39,012 nucleotides of DNA from Pseudomonadota bacterium. Lineage in GTDB: Bacteria; Pseudomonadota; Gammaproteobacteria; Steroidobacterales; Steroidobacteraceae. The position numbers and the translations under genes are program-made. Positions 36,294-39,012 of the stretch are shown in pieces. Every line of letters starts with the position of its first letter. Positions within the stretch are counted from its first letter, which is position 1. The notes beneath the pieces are model-generated. The model did no database searches and was not told where the DNA came from. It saw nothing but the letters and a program-made list of their open reading frames with translations. The stretch spans positions 1-39,012 of the forward strand of contig JAJXWE010000001.1 of NCBI GenBank assembly GCA_021781775.1, written 5' to 3'.

Positions 36294-37125
36294 TCAGGTG
36301 GTCGGCGGAATCGTCGGGTCATTGCCCCAACCGGCGCCTTCCGTCGCCGCGAGAGGATTGCCGTTCTCCCACCGATTGGCGGTGACCCGGCAGCCGGAGA
36401 TCGCATCCGCTGTGCTCGAGACCAGCCAGAGCAGCGGCGGCACCATGATCGCTGTCCAGCAGCCTGCCTCGGGCGCTTTCCGGAAACGCATCGGGAATCA
36501 TGCCCGTCAGGGTGGCGCCGCCCGGCAGCAGGGCGTTGACCGTTATCCTGGTGCCGTACAGATCGTGCGCCCAGATTAGGGTCTCGGACGCCAAGGCCGC
36601 CTTGGAAGGTCCGTAGGGCGAGAAGCCCGCCCGCCGCATGGTGGAATGGCTTATCGAGACATTGACGATACGACCCCAGCCCGCTTGCAGCATGTGGGGT
36701 ACGGCGGCGCGGGCCAAGAGGAAGGGACCGTTGACGTTGGTGTCGATCACCATCCGCCAAGTATCGGGATCGACCTCCCAGAACCGGGTCGGATGGGTCA
36801 TGAAGGAGTCGCCGACGTACTTCATGCCCCGGCCGGCGTTGTTGACCAGGATATCCAGGCGGCCAAACCGCTCAAGGGTGGCCGCGACGACGCGCCGTGC
36901 GTCCGCTTCTCGAGTGACATCGGCGAGAAGTGGGAGGACGAGATCCTTGCCGGCCTCGGCCGCCACCGAGTCGATCTCGGCGCGCTCGCGGGCTGCGGTC
37001 GCCACCACCTGGATGCCGGCGCGCACCAAGCCCAGCGCCATCGCCCGTCCGATTCCGCGTCCCGCGTCGGTGACGATCGCCACCCGTCCGTTCAGGGCAT
37101 TTGAACCCTCGTGCTCTCGAGCCAT
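36294..37125 (-). pseudogene. Short-chain dehydrogenase/reductase (SDR) with a frameshift near 36453
   Basis: The main frame (36319-37125) has GRVAIVTDAGRGIGRAMA, NNAG and the S...YGPSK catalytic motif, then turns into Arg/Gly-rich nonsense after ...RGRLLD. The plausible C-terminus AIMVPPLLWLVSSTADAISGCRVTANRWENG continues in the frame of track ORF 36294-36491. The total span is 832 nt (3n+1). Confidence 0.7.
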
Positions 37126-37168
37126 TTCAGGTTCTCCTGAGTCCGATGAATTGCACTCGCCCTCCCTC

Positions 37169-37593
37169 CTATTTCCCCTCCCGCATCCAAGGGGTGAACG
37201 TCACGGCAACCAGCAGTCCTTCCGGGGATAGGAAGCGACTGACCGTTTGACCCCACGGCTCCTGCCGATTCCGGATGAGCATCCGGTAGCCCCGACGTTC
37301 GAGTACCGCGGTGGCGTCCTTGAGGTTGTCCACTTCGAACTCGAACCACGCGGGTCGGGAATGTCGGCGGGCCAGACCTCCGTACCGAAGCAGGACTGGG
37401 CGGCCTGTGGGAGAGGCCACAGGGCAAAGCTTCTGGCGCCCTGAAGGGCCTCGGTATGCCGATAGCCGCCGGACTCTTCCTTGAAGGCGATTCCGAGGTC
37501 GTCGGCGTAGAGCTTGCGGCTGGGGTCGGGGTCGCGAACGATCGGGCCGACTCCGGCGATGAACAGCACCTTCACGGCATTCGGGTCTTGCAT
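37169..37593 (-). pseudogene. Glyoxalase/bleomycin-resistance/dioxygenase (VOC) family protein with a 1-nt frameshift near 37351-37353
   Basis: The N-terminal part MQDPNAVKVLFIAGVGPIV...CFGTEVWPADIPDP is in the frame of ORF 37201-37593, with a good SD (GGGAGGTG) upstream. The C-terminal part AWFEFEVDNLKDATAVLERRGYRMLIRNRQEPWGQTVSRFLSPEGLLVAVTF is in the frame of ORF 37169-37420. The span is 425 nt (3n+2), consistent with loss of one base in the run GACCC/GCG. Confidence 0.7.
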
Positions 37594-37640
37594 GCGCTCA
37601 CCTCCCGGAGGGTGGAGAACGGAAAATGCCGTCGCGAAGT

Positions 37641-38291
37641 TTACGCGACGGCCTTGGCTCGCGTCGCAATCCAGTCGCGCACGGCGAAGAGGAAGTCACT
37701 GTGCGGGAGGTCATCGAGAGGATCAAGACGACGGACGGAGAGGAGTGCGCCCACCTCCGTCTGAAACAGGCGATAGTCGCCAATCATGGCGACCGAGCCG
37801 GGAAGGGGAGGCTCGGTCGGCCTGCGATGTTCCGATAGCCAATTGCGCACGCGGCGGATCGCTTCGTTCGGGTCGTTGCCATGGACCTCGATGTCCTGGC
37901 CGCTGATGTCCGACAGCGCCGCATCGTAGCGATGCGATTTCGCTTCCAGGATCAGAGCGCGCTTGCGCTTGTGACGGCCGCTGCCGAACAGTCGAGCTCC
38001 GAGGTGAAGTCCCAGCTCCATCGGCATGTTGAATCGCGGTACTCCCGCCGGGCCGACCTCGACCCGCGACAGATCGTGGATCCCCCAGTCGCATTCACCG
38101 ATCATCCGGGCGATCTTGCTGACCCGGATCTCGGCGCCGTCGGTCTCATCGAGTGCGCACCGGGGATGATAGCCCGATGAGAGGGTCGCGAAGACCATCG
38201 CGCGGAAAATGGGCTTGAACCCGTCGTCGAACGGGCAGTTGATGAAGACGGCCTTGGAGGCTGGCGGCTTAGCCGCGCGCTGGCTCGCCAC
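37641..38291 (-). CDS. Hypothetical protein with an N-terminal TIR-like / nucleoside 2-deoxyribosyltransferase-like (flavodoxin-fold) domain
   Basis: 216 aa, GTG start. The pattern VFINCPFDD...(about 45 aa)...WGIHDLSRVE....PRFNMPMELGLHLGA...KRALILEA matches the F.x.PF ... (D)LS ... N(V/M)xxELG signature of that fold class as I recall it. The C-terminal ~90 aa could not be assigned. Confidence 0.45.
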   Translation of the reverse strand: MASQRAAKPPASKAVFINCPFDDGFKPIFRAMVFATLSSGYHPRCALDETDGAEIRVSKIARMIGECDWGIHDLSRVEVGPAGVPRFNMPMELGLHLGARLFGSGRHKRKRALILEAKSHRYDAALSDISGQDIEVHGNDPNEAIRRVRNWLSEHRRPTEPPLPGSVAMIGDYRLFQTEVGALLSVRRLDPLDDLPHSDFLFAVRDWIATRAKAVA

Positions 38292-38451
38292 GCAAATGCT
38301 CGGACTTCGTCCGCAGCGCGTCGCGAATGGCGCGAGCAGTGGCGGACCGCCGTCCGCTGATCGGGGGAATCTTGATGCCCCGATAGACGACCGTGCGCTC
38401 GAACTTCATCGCGAAGCGCTTCGGTGCTGCCTTTTTCGCTACTCTCGCCAT
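38269..38451 (-). CDS. Small basic protein (60 aa), possible DNA-binding partner or antitoxin-like; coding status uncertain
   Basis: MARVAKKAAPKRFAMKFERTVVYRGIKIPPISGRRSATARAIRDALRTKSEHLRGEPARG. ATG at 38451; the track ORF extends to 38487. It overlaps the downstream gene start by 23 nt, and an operator-like repeat overlaps its start codon. Confidence 0.4.
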   Translation of the reverse strand: MARVAKKAAPKRFAMKFERTVVYRGIKIPPISGRRSATARAIRDALRTKSEHLRGEPARG

Positions 38452-38619
38452 AGGGCGCAATATGAGACTTCGGGATCGTCGGCGCAAGTCCCACTTTCCG
38501 CGCCAAGTCGCAGAATTGGCGCGGAAGGGGATTTCAGCAAGCCCTTATTTTATCAGAGAAAATCTGTGACTACCGGTCTCCTGGGGACGGCCCACTGCCT
38601 GTCTCGCCAAAGGGCGCAA
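38443..38619. repeat. Direct repeat of an 18-mer (17/18 identical) bracketing the promoter region of the small-protein gene
   Basis: TCTCGCCATAGGGCGCAA at 38443-38460, which contains the complement of the small-ORF ATG, and TCTCGCCAAAGGGCGCAA at 38602-38619. Confidence 0.7.
38496..38526. promoter_or_regulatory. Perfect 11-bp inverted repeat (operator-like) upstream of the small-protein/TIR-like gene pair
   Basis: TTCCGCGCCAA (38496-38506), 9-nt spacer, TTGGCGCGGAA (38516-38526). On the minus strand, an extended -10-like TGATAAAAT (complement of 38547-38555) lies just upstream of it. Confidence 0.5.
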
Positions 38620-38696
38620 CGTATGCCGCCCTCGTAGCACGGACGTCGCGCTTCCCCACGCCCCCTGCGGTGGGAGGTCGGCTGGCGCACTGCAGT

Positions 38697-38987
38697 TCAT
38701 TCGGGCGCCGGGAATCCTCCTCGCGTGGTGCGCTCGCCTTCGGTGATCAAGCCCATTCGCTGTAACCGTGCTTCGACCGCCCGCAACGTACGTCGGTGCT
38801 TCCTCGCGAGTTCATGGGGAGACTGCCCGCCCTTGAATGATTCGGCCAGCCTAGTGTCTTCATCCCCGGTCCAGGCCTTCCCGACGTTGTCGGGCAGCAG
38901 GGCACGCCGTTGGGCGCGAGCCTCCGCCCGATCCAGCGCAGTCACGGCGGTGAGCAGCGCGCGCATGACGTCCGCACGGTGAATCAC
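38697..38987 (-). CDS. Myb/SANT-like helix-turn-helix protein (possibly 5'-incomplete at the window edge)
   Basis: The pattern KAWTGDEDTRLAESFKGGQSPHELARKHRRTLRAVEARLQRMGLI fits a W-x2-E-D...S..ELA....RT..A...RL..LGL Myb-like repeat. The listed start is a GTG, and the frame stays open upstream to base 39012, so the true start may lie outside the window. Confidence 0.5.
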   Translation of the reverse strand: MIHRADVMRALLTAVTALDRAEARAQRRALLPDNVGKAWTGDEDTRLAESFKGGQSPHELARKHRRTLRAVEARLQRMGLITEGERTTRGGFPAPE

Positions 38988-39012
38988 GGATTCCGACGGG
39001 AGTGGGACCTCC

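Noticed and set aside
133-39012. Search for an attR copy of the tRNA-Phe 3' end
   Set aside because: Only 7-8-nt matches were found by eye (for example GGCCACCA near 12142-12149), and these are expected by chance. No island right border can be called inside the window.

Overview
High-GC window (sampled 60-nt lines mostly above 65% G+C), proteobacterial in style, in three parts. (1) 1-1.7 kb: a tRNA-Phe(GAA) gene followed by a P4-type tyrosine integrase, the classic left junction of a genomic island. (2) 1.8-26.2 kb: catabolic genes arranged divergently around a 700-bp low-GC control region. The minus strand carries malate synthase A, an FAD oxidoreductase and an MFS transporter, with an AraC regulator and a HAD-IIA phosphatase beyond them. 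The plus strand carries a TonB-dependent receptor, a TPR-sulfotransferase, glpD-glpK-glpF, a glutamine-synthetase-like ligase, an aldehyde dehydrogenase, an Fe-alcohol dehydrogenase, a class I amidotransferase-type hydrolase, an ethanolamine-type APC permease and a PLC/AcpA-type phosphoesterase. I read the plus-strand string as a phospholipid head-group (glycerol plus ethanolamine) salvage locus that uses a B12-independent gamma-glutamylation route; this is inference. (3) 26.2-39 kb: mobile and decaying accessory DNA. It holds a 5'-truncated rve transposase abutting an AT-rich tract, a low-GC PadR plus membrane-partner pair, an extra signal peptidase I and a GNAT gene with an in-frame TGA. Next come four translationally coupled genes (three tyrosine recombinases plus a small helical protein) that match the ginABCD operon of GInt islands. 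These are followed by a degenerate primase-zinc-finger-like ORF, RadC, frameshifted SDR and VOC genes, and a small basic protein paired with a TIR/deoxyribosyltransferase-like protein behind repeated operator-like motifs. I saw no rRNA and no CRISPR array. Many long ORFs in the track are antisense shadow ORFs typical of high-GC DNA and were rejected.
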